IMG/VR virus record: IMGVR_UViG_3300042445_001170
Location: 48,168 to 112,167 of that record
Length of the DNA: 64,000 bases
Direction: 5' to 3' (one strand)
Source of the DNA: a virus
A program made the translations under genes and the position numbers. Below, piece after piece: positions 28,323-39,500 of the stretch. Each line of letters begins with the position of its first letter. Within the stretch, counting starts at the first letter, position 1. The notes beneath the pieces were generated by a model. That model made no database searches and was not told where the DNA came from. It saw only the letters and a program-made list of their open reading frames with translations.

Positions 28323-29300
28323 TTAAAAACTAAGTCCTAGTCTATATTCTATATCCATTTGCTTACCAGCAACCTTAACAATTTCAGAAGACAAAACAGA
28401 TCGACTTATCAATCCGTATATTGGATCAAATGAATCCTCATCATTAATTCTTAAACCATCCATATATACTGTTGTGCCAGATGTTGTTTTTGACTTAGCC
28501 CCAACAAGTATTTTATTTATTGAGCTAGCGTCTGGCGTTCCAGATTTATACGAAGACCCTAGAAGCTCAGAAAGCGTTTTACTTTTAATTTTATCTGGTG
28601 TCTGCGGTGATGTTATTGATACGTCACCTGTAATTCTAGTTTCAAAATAATCAGTATCTCCGCTATAGAACCTTATGTACACATAGTCAAGATTAGTGTC
28701 TGCCTGTCTGAACGCAAGTGTTAGGCTGTCGTATATGCTGTAGCCAGACAAATCAAATGTGGCATTAAACCAATATTCTTTTGTAGAGTAAGTCGCTGGT
28801 GATGTTACTGCTGGTGCAGTTACTTGAAATAAGTATGATCCAAGCCTTGGTGTTGGAGTAGAAACAAGTGTTGGATTATTGCCAGATGAGTCTACCCATG
28901 GCAAAGCATTTTCAAAAGAGCTTATGTATCTATTAGAATAGTCTGACTTGCTTGTTGATTGTGATGGAAACAGTCCAACTTCCTTTATTGATCCAGCCAC
29001 GTCATTAGGTAGTGAAGTCTTGTATATGACAGAGTATGTTGATATTCCAGTAACTGGGTCTGTTTCAATATTAGGCGAGTTCAGATCAACTGGGACTTTA
29101 TAAAATTCAAAACCAAGTCTTGTATCATCGACTGTTGGGGTTTCAGACCCTATGCCAATAGCTATCGCCTTGCTGCTAAAACCTAGGGTGCCAGCTAAAT
29201 AGTTTGTTAAGAATCTTTTTCCAAACTTAGTTAAAATATTATCCTGTCTATGAAGCTCTACGCCATCTTGATAAAAGATATAAGTGCCTTTCATCTCCAT
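28323..29300 (-). CDS. Tail tip/baseplate protein
   Basis: NILTKFG..AIGIG...IKEVGLF pattern; position in the tail operon. Confidence 0.6.
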   Translation of the reverse strand: MEMKGTYIFYQDGVELHRQDNILTKFGKRFLTNYLAGTLGFSSKAIAIGIGSETPTVDDTRLGFEFYKVPVDLNSPNIETDPVTGISTYSVIYKTSLPNDVAGSIKEVGLFPSQSTSKSDYSNRYISSFENALPWVDSSGNNPTLVSTPTPRLGSYLFQVTAPAVTSPATYSTKEYWFNATFDLSGYSIYDSLTLAFRQADTNLDYVYIRFYSGDTDYFETRITGDVSITSPQTPDKIKSKTLSELLGSSYKSGTPDASSINKILVGAKSKTTSGTTVYMDGLRINDEDSFDPIYGLISRSVLSSEIVKVAGKQMDIEYRLGLSF

Positions 29301-29680
29301 TATCCACCACCCCCTTGTACGCCACGAACGGCATCTCCTGAATTATTTTTTACATTAAAATTAAATTTTAATTTAGCATTTCCATTAATATCATTAACTA
29401 CATCTATTTTCTTTAATGTTATATCTGCTAATGTTGGAAATGGCTTCTGACCAGTTCCATCATCTGGTATTGTGTACTCTTCGCCTTTTTTATAATTGCT
29501 GGTTGGTGGCTTTGAGTTTGGCAGTGTTAGTATTACACTTCCATCTAGTTGTGCTGTCACAACCAGGTCGTAATATTGACTTTTAAGAATGTCTACAAGC
29601 GGATCATCTGCTGGTAGCTGAATTTTCTGCTTAGTAGTAAAACCACTAAACTTTATCTTATTATTATCTACAGTTGCCAT
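29300..29680 (-). CDS. Hypothetical virion protein
   Basis: Position; TGGTAGAAT 6 nt upstream (leaderless). Confidence 0.6.
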   Translation of the reverse strand: MATVDNNKIKFSGFTTKQKIQLPADDPLVDILKSQYYDLVVTAQLDGSVILTLPNSKPPTSNYKKGEEYTIPDDGTGQKPFPTLADITLKKIDVVNDINGNAKLKFNFNVKNNSGDAVRGVQGGGG

Positions 29681-29697
29681 TTTATCATTCTACCATT

Positions 29698-32600
29698 TTA
29701 TCCAGTATAAATCGACCTGCATTTTACTGAGGTTGATAGCCCATTGTCCCAGGAATGACCTATATCTAATACAACATATTTGCTTGCAGATTTGCCAGAT
29801 GGAATTGTATCGTCTGAAGCATATACTGAGTTTAGGGGATATGATATCTCAACCATATCTCCTACTTGAATTAGAGGGTTTGGAAAGCATTGTATATCTA
29901 TTGATGTCTGTTGTCTAGACCATTGGTCTTTCATCCATGTAGATAGCTCTTTTGCTTCCCGCTCTTTTTGTATCCAGGTTGAATCAAATCCAATAATTTC
30001 AATATCTTTTAACTTTGCTATTTCTGGGTCTATGTATTCAAATGGATCCGTTGCAACTATTTGATCTCCTACTACTTGAAAGCTTCTTGTCTGACCATCG
30101 GCAAGTGGAACAAAGGTTCCAGCATTATTTAAAACATATGCCTCTATGCCAAAAGAATTTACCGATGATCCAATAAGTGTAACAAATGGATTTAAAGTTA
30201 TTTGTGCAAATCTTGGCTGGCCTGGTCTTTGTGCATACTTAGCACTTATATATTTTAGCTCTCTGGCTACTGGACCAAACTCTTTAAAGAAGGTTGGAGA
30301 TGAAACCTTCGACCCCTTTGTTAAAACAAAGTCTCCAAAAGATTGAGATAGGTATGACTGTGAACCAAGCATTCCGCTATACGGATTATAAGGTGTAGTA
30401 GAAGCAAACTGAGATTCTGAAATTGCATTACTGTACAGGTAGTCGTAGCTAATTGAGCCCTTCTGTGAAAATAGGCCAACTTTTTCTGTTATAGGCAACA
30501 CATAGCTAGCGCCGTTGTCTGTGGCTACAATTGTAGTGTTATCAAATTTAATTTTAAAGGTTCTTCTTGTTGTATCATAATTAACCTTAACGTCTAGGTT
30601 ATATAGCTGACCACCAGAAACACCAGTTACAGTTGTTGTGTCTCCCTTTTGAGAATCTGTTATTGCAACTTGATAGGGCTTGGAGCCCTTTTTAAATCTC
30701 CACAATCTTATATTCTTGTCAGTCAATTTACCCGTGGCGGTTGTCTGTTCTGTTTTAATTTCAATGTAGTAACCAGTAGCTCCATTGTCCGATAGGCATA
30801 TTGCAAGTCCACCTATTACCTGATCTGCGCCAGTTAATCGTCCAGCAGAGTCTTTCATTAGTGGAAAGTAGAAGCTCGTTCCAACAGAAAAGTTTTTTGT
30901 AGTTGAATCTATAAATTTTGCATCTATAGTTGCAACTGTATAGTTTTTATTTAATGACACGGTGCCTGGCTGTGATACTGTAAGCATAGATCTTGGCACA
31001 CTTTTGCCAAAGCTATCAGAAGCCTCTATAGATATTTTAGAGTTGTCTATAGAAGGAGTGCCAGTAGACTGTGTGGCCTCTGTTAACAACCTTACCTCAA
31101 AGTCATCTTTGTAGTCCGCTATATCTACACTGTGTGAAGATACGGGAGTGCCGAATGCTCCTCTAGTTTTAATTCTATATTCTCCAGTTGGCTTAAAACT
31201 ATTTACTTGACCTAGAGCCTGATACTTTTGAAGGTCTATGTCTGACTCTATCCATTGGCTCTGAGGGGAGCCAGCAAGGTCTGTATACGAATACCTGATT
31301 GCATCATACTCTATAACTTCATCATTTAAAACTAGGTACCCAGTTTTATTTAAAGCTCTTAGATCAAGCCCGTCCATTGTTGTTATTAAATTTATCCACA
31401 GAGAGGATCCAGCCAAAGAAGATGCTGCTAAATTCTTTACCAATGCGCCTGCTCCAAGAGAATACACTGGTGATTGCCATAGTAGATCAGCACCAGCATT
31501 ATAAGAAGAACTCATTTGTGGTCTATAAAGAATTTTAACTCCCTGCACTGACGGCAAATCTTCTTTAGACATTGATATAATATTTGCTTCTTCTTGAGTA
31601 ACTCCACTAGAAACAAGCGGGTTGTATCTAAAAGTAAAAGATTTAGTTTTATTTTTGTTATAAATCCATTCTCTTGTATAGAACTGAAGGATATTATTCT
31701 CATCAAATGTAGCTACCATTTGTGTGTCTTTACATAAGTCCTGTATACACTCCCAAACAGTTTTTGTATCGTCTGTATACCAGTAGTACGGAGTTATTGC
31801 AGATTTATCATTACCGTCTGGCGATAGGTTAAAGTTATAATTTGTAAACCCTATCCCATCCAGCAGTCTTTTAATAATAGCAGGTGACGGGGCATCTTTT
31901 ATCAAAATATCTGGCGCTACTATTTTTTGCAATAACAAAGCCTGATCTAGTGCTTGCAAATCAACTTGACCAAATTCATCTACTGTCCAAGAATCTGCAT
32001 AGAAGTATCCTTGCTGAATCTTTTCAATAGTGTTGTCTGATTTAGTTATATTGTAGTATGGTTTAAAAAGAACATTGTTATAAAAATATGACTTGGTTTT
32101 ATCAAAAACAAATGTTTTGTCGTAAGAAATTCCAGACCTATCTTCAAAAAACAACCTAGCATTTAAAGAATTTGCAGTAACATTTCCTACTGGGGTTAGG
32201 CCGTTAGATGAATCAGATGCTTTTTTTTGTGTGCTAAATGACATTATCTTATCTGACATATCCTTTACATATCTAGCGGATATCTCAATTACACCCAAGT
32301 ATGTGTCTGATACATTTATTGAATTGATCTCAACTACAATAGAGTCTATGTCTACTGGCTCCGTAGGAGATGTTGTCCATTCTGTTGTGGACCAGGTTGT
32401 TCCACCCTGATAGTATAGGTTAACAACACCAGTTGAATCAACGCTACCATTTGTTAAAACAGTTGTTGTTGTTCCGCCTTTTGTAATTTTTACTGTCCAC
32501 GTTACTGGCTTTACATATGTCATGTCAGACCAGACTTTAGAAGTTCCATTGTCTGACACTAGGCTTCTTATTCCGTATGATGTTTCAAACTTAATAGATA

Positions 32601-33057
32601 TCTTATTTGTAACTGTATTCTTGCCAGATGGATAGGAAACTGTTAATTTACAATTTGATAGAGATGTACCGCTTGATTTTGGCGTTACCCAATACTGATA
32701 CTTATTCTTTGATCCAGCGTAATACATTCTGTATGGCTCTTTAATTAGTGTGTTGTACGGCAACAAAGCGTTATAAGTTATACCAGAATTACTTGTACTA
32801 TTAGATATAAAGTATTTAATTCCAGCAGAAGATGGTCTCTTGGGGCTTATAATACTTGCAAGCGGGAATAGCTTTAAAAATGGTTTGTACTCTACGCCAG
32901 CAGAGTCTTTTAGCGTTACTGTTTCCCCACCAAGATTTTCAACAGTCACTCCAGCAATAAGGTCGTTCATGTTATATTCAGCCCACAGCCCTGGTGACAT
33001 TGATAAAGTTGAAGACTTTTTAATTTGATTTAAAATGTCTGTTGATGAGCTTAACAT
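29698..33057 (-). CDS. Large minor tail protein (tail tip/hub)
   Basis: Second gene after the TMP; NPLIQVGDMVEI C-terminal motif. Confidence 0.7.
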   Translation of the reverse strand: MLSSSTDILNQIKKSSTLSMSPGLWAEYNMNDLIAGVTVENLGGETVTLKDSAGVEYKPFLKLFPLASIISPKRPSSAGIKYFISNSTSNSGITYNALLPYNTLIKEPYRMYYAGSKNKYQYWVTPKSSGTSLSNCKLTVSYPSGKNTVTNKISIKFETSYGIRSLVSDNGTSKVWSDMTYVKPVTWTVKITKGGTTTTVLTNGSVDSTGVVNLYYQGGTTWSTTEWTTSPTEPVDIDSIVVEINSINVSDTYLGVIEISARYVKDMSDKIMSFSTQKKASDSSNGLTPVGNVTANSLNARLFFEDRSGISYDKTFVFDKTKSYFYNNVLFKPYYNITKSDNTIEKIQQGYFYADSWTVDEFGQVDLQALDQALLLQKIVAPDILIKDAPSPAIIKRLLDGIGFTNYNFNLSPDGNDKSAITPYYWYTDDTKTVWECIQDLCKDTQMVATFDENNILQFYTREWIYNKNKTKSFTFRYNPLVSSGVTQEEANIISMSKEDLPSVQGVKILYRPQMSSSYNAGADLLWQSPVYSLGAGALVKNLAASSLAGSSLWINLITTMDGLDLRALNKTGYLVLNDEVIEYDAIRYSYTDLAGSPQSQWIESDIDLQKYQALGQVNSFKPTGEYRIKTRGAFGTPVSSHSVDIADYKDDFEVRLLTEATQSTGTPSIDNSKISIEASDSFGKSVPRSMLTVSQPGTVSLNKNYTVATIDAKFIDSTTKNFSVGTSFYFPLMKDSAGRLTGADQVIGGLAICLSDNGATGYYIEIKTEQTTATGKLTDKNIRLWRFKKGSKPYQVAITDSQKGDTTTVTGVSGGQLYNLDVKVNYDTTRRTFKIKFDNTTIVATDNGASYVLPITEKVGLFSQKGSISYDYLYSNAISESQFASTTPYNPYSGMLGSQSYLSQSFGDFVLTKGSKVSSPTFFKEFGPVARELKYISAKYAQRPGQPRFAQITLNPFVTLIGSSVNSFGIEAYVLNNAGTFVPLADGQTRSFQVVGDQIVATDPFEYIDPEIAKLKDIEIIGFDSTWIQKEREAKELSTWMKDQWSRQQTSIDIQCFPNPLIQVGDMVEISYPLNSVYASDDTIPSGKSASKYVVLDIGHSWDNGLSTSVKCRSIYTG

Positions 33058-33518
33058 TATACTTGTTCCAGTGTTAGGCTAACATCCCAAAATTCTTGTG
33101 GATCTACTCCGCTTACCATTTTGACATTTCTTTTATTTAGGCTAAAGCTGCAATTGGTAAACATGACTGTTATTATTTCATCTCTTGCTGAGACTCCGTT
33201 GTAAGATATTTTTAATTTAAATGAGCCTATTCCTTTTGCTTTATAGAATGCTCTAATTTGTTCTGCGCCGTAGCCGCCATCGACAGTCATTGTGCTTGTT
33301 GAAGGCAATGTATTCCATGAGCACTGAATAGAATACTTATCCGCAATAAATATTTTACGCATAGTTCCATTAGCCATACGCTCTGCTCTTTCAATTCTAT
33401 TTGTATCTAAGGATACTGGCTGCCTATTGTGCTCGGACAGCTTAGTCCAGGTAGGGGTAGTTGCATCTGTTCCAGTGTCAATAAACAGTAGTGATCCTAC
33501 AGGTAAAGTTAGCGCCAT
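33057..33518 (-). CDS. Distal-tail-like minor tail protein
   Basis: Directly after the TMP; RMANGTMR, VSLTLEQV. Confidence 0.65.
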   Translation of the reverse strand: MALTLPVGSLLFIDTGTDATTPTWTKLSEHNRQPVSLDTNRIERAERMANGTMRKIFIADKYSIQCSWNTLPSTSTMTVDGGYGAEQIRAFYKAKGIGSFKLKISYNGVSARDEIITVMFTNCSFSLNKRNVKMVSGVDPQEFWDVSLTLEQV

Positions 33519-36500
33519 TATGTCCTCTTTGTTCCTACCATTTTAGCATTAAGCTTTGCATCTTGTCCAATAGCTTGCTTTGTCATTGTTACAACCTGTC
33601 TTACAAACGATTCCGTATTCATTCCATCAGATGGATAAATGTTTTGTGTTAAATTAATTGTGCTTCCTGATCCAACATTGAATGCCGCTGCTTGGAAATT
33701 AGACTGTGGAACAGAATACTGCATGTTGTTAATTCTTTCAAGAAGTGGAAGTATTCCTGGTTGTCTTACAGCTTGGGCGTTTACAACAAACTCTCCATTT
33801 GAAACATATGCTCCAGAAGCATACTTGCCTTTTGGCATCATTGGCATATAAATAGAATCAGATGTACCAGTTCCTGGTCCAGAAAGTAGACCGCCATCTT
33901 TATAGGACTTAACCCTTCCACTCTGATCTCCCATGGCTGCAAGCCATGAACCAATTATTTTTCCATCTTGCATTACCATTCCATTAGAAGTATAAGTAGT
34001 GTCACCCTGTAGCCAGGAAGATTTATGAGCCTTATAAAATGCTCTCATTGCTGCATCTCTGCTTGCGAACTCTTTACCGCTTAGCTTAGAATCTGGGATT
34101 ATATATGACTGGGTCTGGGACGGAGATCCTACTGGCATAGATTCATATTCTTTTTTAGTGACCTTCTTGCCAGACTGTGTAAAGTATTGGATAGGGTCTC
34201 CAGTTGCTCCTGTACCAGTTTTCTTTCCAGCAATTTTTCCAGGATCTGCCAGTGTTGCTGTCTTTGAGCCAGCGTTACCAAGATCTATTTTCTTGCCATT
34301 AATAATTACATCACCGTTTACAACAATTCCTTGTTCTTTTAGCGATGCCTCAAGGCCAGATGATACTGAATCGAATAGAGCCTGCCCTGCAGCAATTCCA
34401 ACATTTCCATCTTTATCTTTTGGAAGCCCAGACATATCTACCTTTGCATCTGTCGCTGCTTGAGTAATTGCTGCAAGCATTCCCTTAGCTTCATCTGTTG
34501 TCTTCCACTTCTTAAGGTCATCCTTATGAATCTCAATGGCCAGTCTATATGTAGTCATGGCTTTATTTAAGGCTTCAATTTTACCTTCATTAGTTTCAAT
34601 TTCTTTAGTTACGTCGCCAAGCTTTTCTCCTGCGTATGCAGCTGCATCGCCAAGATCTTGCTGCTTTTTAGCCATGGCTTCTGCCGCTTTTTTAAGAGGG
34701 GCATTTGCTTTTTCTGTTGCTGCGTCGATGGCCTTAATCTGTGCGTCATACTGCTGTGTAGCAACCAGGCCTTCAAGATCAAGTCTTGCTTGCTGTGCAC
34801 CAGCTGTGTTTCCAGTAGCCTCTGCATTTTGAAGCTCAAGTTTTTTAGCCTCAATTGCTCTTCCAGAATCTTGCTCATTCTTTTTATCCTGGAGTGCTTT
34901 CTTTCTTGCATCCGCTAATTTATTGTTGGCATCAATTTGCTTGTTAATTGCAGCAAGTCTATCTCTATCAGATATTTGTTGTGCTACTGACTGTCCCTTT
35001 AATGCCTTTTGATATTTTTCTTGCAATCCCTTAAGTTTATCTAATGCAACATATTGCGCCTTTAGTATTCCGCCTCTGTTTGTTGTTTCAACGCCCTTTG
35101 CAACGGCGCTTTGCAAAGCATACAGAGCATTTGTTTGTGCAGCAGAAAGTCCAGATAGATCTCCAATAAATCCTCTTGCTTCAATTCTAGTTTTTTTCCA
35201 AAGAGTTAGCGCAGTATCTTGCTCAGAGGCAATCTTTCTTAATGCAGGATTTTGTTTTTCCATTTCATCAAGTGTTTCTTTGCTAAGTCTTTTCTGTCCT
35301 TCTAGCTTACTTGAGATCTGATCTAGTGCCTGTTTTTCTGCATCCCATTTAATCTTATCTGACTCGGCTGTACTAATAAATGAAGGCTTGCTCTTATCTT
35401 TTTTACGTGCCTTCATTGCATCAGACTCTTTATCTGCAATTGCAGTATCAATTCCCATTGCTGCAGTGTTAAGAGCATTTGCTTGTTCAGTTGGGTCTAA
35501 ATCTTTTCTAACTGCATCGCTGTACGTGTTAAGTGCTTCACGGGCTGCATCAACAGAAGTTTTAATATTCATAAAGGCTTTAGATGAAGTTGTAAAAGCT
35601 GATGTGTTATTTGATTGATTGGAGGCTTTATACATTGCATAAATTTTTGCTGTGGCGTCCTCTGCAGACATACCCATAGCCATAAGTTGCTCTTTTAATC
35701 TTATAGCAAGGTCTGCCTGATCATCATAGCTTGTCTTATTGATAAGCGCTATCTGATCTTTATATACAGAATTAACTTCTTTCTTTAATTTTTTGTATTG
35801 CTCTATAGTTAATTTTAGTGGCGTTCCAGATGTAGTCATGCTCTCATACATCATTTGATTTCTTTCTTTAACAGCTTGAGCATCCGCTACAGTTTCTTTT
35901 AATTTTTTATTAAAGTCGGTAAATCTAAGCCCAGCCTTCTTTGCTGCCTCCGCTGTCATTCCATAGCCTAGTGCATTTAATCTCATGCTTTCTTGATGAT
36001 TTTTCCATAGTTTAATTCCAAGAGTTACCGCTGTAACAGCTCCGAAAGCGATTAGATTAAATCTAGTCATTGCAAGTCCAAGCTTTCCAATAACTGCCTG
36101 GAACTTCTTGCCGCTGGTTGCCATCTCTGTTATTGCAGTTCCATACTTAGTTAGGCCACCAGTTTTTCCAGATATAACTCCTACTGGTGTCGTCATCGAT
36201 GCAGGAACTTTTGACATTAGCTTGCCCTTACCTCCGCCGCCCATCATCGCAGCAGATTGCATCATCATGGGTAGCATAAAGCCAACTTGTTGAATTATCA
36301 TAGATATGATTGGGTTTGCAACCTTGCTAGCAATAAATTGTGCTCCTGCTGCGACTGCCATACCTCCAGCAATCTGTCCGCCAATTCCGTATTTATTATT
36401 TGGAACTATGCCACCAGAAACTCTAGGAACAAAAAGTTCAGGTCCTTTTTCTCCAACAATATAGGCCTGTCCTCCATTAACTGGGCCGCCCTTTTCTCTT

Positions 36501-39500
36501 CCCTCTAGACCAAATATGATCTTCTTTAAAGATTCTGTAAGCGGGGTATCTTTTTTAGATTCCCAGTTTAAATACTTTTGTCTTAAAATATCTTTATCTA
36601 TTGGCGATAGTTGTTTTAATACAGACCTATCTCCAATCAAATCTGATGCGGCTGATCTTACTACTGCGTCTAAAACGTCTGGTTCCAGTGCATTCTTTAA
36701 AGATCCTTTTGCATCCTTGACATATCCATAAGGCTTTTCTTTAGCAAGAGCTGCTGCAAATTTATCATAGAATAATTTTTGAGTATGCTTTCTTAATCCA
36801 GTATTTGCAAATAAGGTGTTAGCCATTTCAATAGATAATGAGTTTACGCCCCATGGCGCTGACTCATACATGCTTGGCTTTGGTGCACCTGTTGGTCCAA
36901 AGCCTGCACCGATTCTATGCATTGCTTTGCCTTTTAATACATTACCAATCATTCCGCCAATAGCAAATCCATTTGCTGAGGATTTAAATCCAGCATCCGA
37001 TAGGCTAACAATATGTCCAGACTGTCTTCTCTTTAGTTCTTCTGCTGCTGCAATCTTAGCAAGTGCCGCTGGTGTAAGGTTAGTTTCTTTTGAAGGAACT
37101 ACTGCAGAGTGTACTCCGTGAAGTTCTCTCCACTTTACATCTCTTGCATCTTCAAGTCTTTTAATCATTTTTGCATAGACAACTTTTTCTTGCTGATTTA
37201 GATCAAAGCTTCCAATAGTTTTTTTCAGTCTTGGCAAAGTTGCTTCAATTTCTTCAAGCATTCTTGAATTATAAGCGTCTGGGGTCATACCCTTTGGAAT
37301 GTCCATTGTAGACTCAGCAAAAAACTTCTTTGCTCCGCTTCCCTTAATTCCAAGCAAATTAACCATTGCCTGATCTCCAACTGAAGGCATGAATCCAGCA
37401 TAATCTCTTAAGCCAGATGCTGTTGAGAATACTCCAGCAGTTCCTACATCTGATAATACATTTCCAGATAAGTTTCCTCTGCCTAAATCTTTATCTCCAC
37501 GAAGAGATGACGCAAGAAGCTGTCTAAAATACTCATCTGTAGTAAATTTACCATCTTGCACAGTAAGGGCTTTATCGAATGGTGATTCGAGAACTAGTAG
37601 CTTTCTCAATCCCTTTGGATCGGTTGGATCACGCATTACATTAAGAGTTTGTTTTGGAGCCTTTAGTCCATGTGCTTCACGAGCAATTTGTGTTGCTCTC
37701 ATTTCAGCAAGTGCTGCCTTTTCATCAAGCATTGGTTTAACAAAAACCTTTTCGCCGTTTCTTGTATATACGCCACCAATACCAGGAACTGGGAAGCTTC
37801 TTCCAGATGTTGGCTCTAGCAAATCTCCATATTCTGTTACTGGATGCTTTGCAAATCTAGAATCTTTAACTGCAATGTCTGCCTTTTCCATTGCTGCTTT
37901 CATTGCTCTTTGTTGTTCTACCTGCTTAATTGTTTTAGGCATACCAAGGAACATTGCTTTTCCTCCGCCAAATAATCTTTGTGCAAACTGTCCTGGAATT
38001 TCTCCGCCTGAATTTGCTGCAATTTCCTTTGTTAGCGGAAGAGCTCTGCCTCTTGTAAGGAGAAGTCTCATCATCTGAGTAATCATGTGACCTCTTTGAA
38101 TTACAGGCATTCTCTTAATAAGGTTTTGTGCATTTCCATACTTAAGCTCTTTTGCTAATAGATCTGCAGTTTCTCTTGCAGCGTTACCAGTCAATGGGAC
38201 TCTGTCTACAAATTTACCCTGCGTCATAGAAGCCAGCCAGTTTGTAAAGTTATTAACCTTACTGCTTCCAGCCATAGCTAAGTATGCGTTTCCTCTTGTT
38301 CTGTTACTCTTTATGTTTCCATTCTCTTCAGTAAAGAAATTTCTATCTTGATCTAGGTGCTCTGATGCGTAGTCAAGCTTTCCATTTGCTGTAAATGTAT
38401 TCATCACTCTCTGTAGAGAAACTTGGTCTATATCTGCTCTAGCCATCAGCGCAGCAACTAGGCTTCTAGTTGGTTGAATTCTTGCATTAGCAGATGGTCT
38501 TCCTCCAGGCTTTAGCTCTTCGGCTTTGTCCTGCCATAATAGGTCTTTGTATTTTGCTTTTGAAGTTGACCCATCTTTATTTACTACTGTTCGCCCCATG
38601 CCTTGCATGTCAATATACTCTTGCATACGTCTGGACTGTTGTATTCTAAATCTATTAAAAGCTTTTCTATCTACCTGACCAGTTTTTGGATCTTTAGTTC
38701 TTTGCATAGCTTCTTCAAAATCTCTTTTTGCCATAGAGACTGCTTCGTCTTCACTAAATCCTAAATGATTTAATACTGCTGCATCGTGTAATATGACTCT
38801 ATTTTTTAAAGATGCGTCATAGCTAGGATCTGAATTTCTTGTTAGCCAGCCCTTTAATCCAGTAAATAAGTTTTCTGAAAGCCCTCCTCCAAGATTTCTT
38901 CCAAGGCCAGATGTATTTCCAGGCCCACCATTTAATGCATGCATTAGTGGCATATTGTCCTGTGCAATATCTGCTGGAATGACTGCTTCGCCAGGTGTTA
39001 GAACTACTGGTACTTGCCCTCCATCTGCAAATGCTGGGGTTCCGCCAAGAAGATTGCTTATGATTGGCATATTTTCTTGTGTTGATTTTTTATTAATTAC
39101 AAATGATCCAGCCTCAGCTGTTGTATGGTATGTATCGCTATTTCCTGTTCCAGGGACTATTCCGCCATCTGCAAACTTAGGTTTTGTTGTTTGAATATTA
39201 TATCCTGCGCCCGATGTTCTAACTCCACCAAGTGCTCTTGCAATCTTGTCAACAATATCTTTTGTTGTTCCTTTATGGAACATTTCCTTCATGTTTGATT
39301 TTCCAGTTAAAGGATCTACAACTGGTTGTGACGTCAATGGGACTGTAGTTAGATTTGCAACTCTTCCCATACCAGCTGCAGTTGCTGCTGCAGTTTCGGC
39401 AAGCATTGCCTCTACTGTCGCATTCATCTGCATAACTTTTGCTCTCGCTTGATCTACAGTTATCTTGCTAGCCTGCAGCTGTGCAACTATTGCTTCTGTT

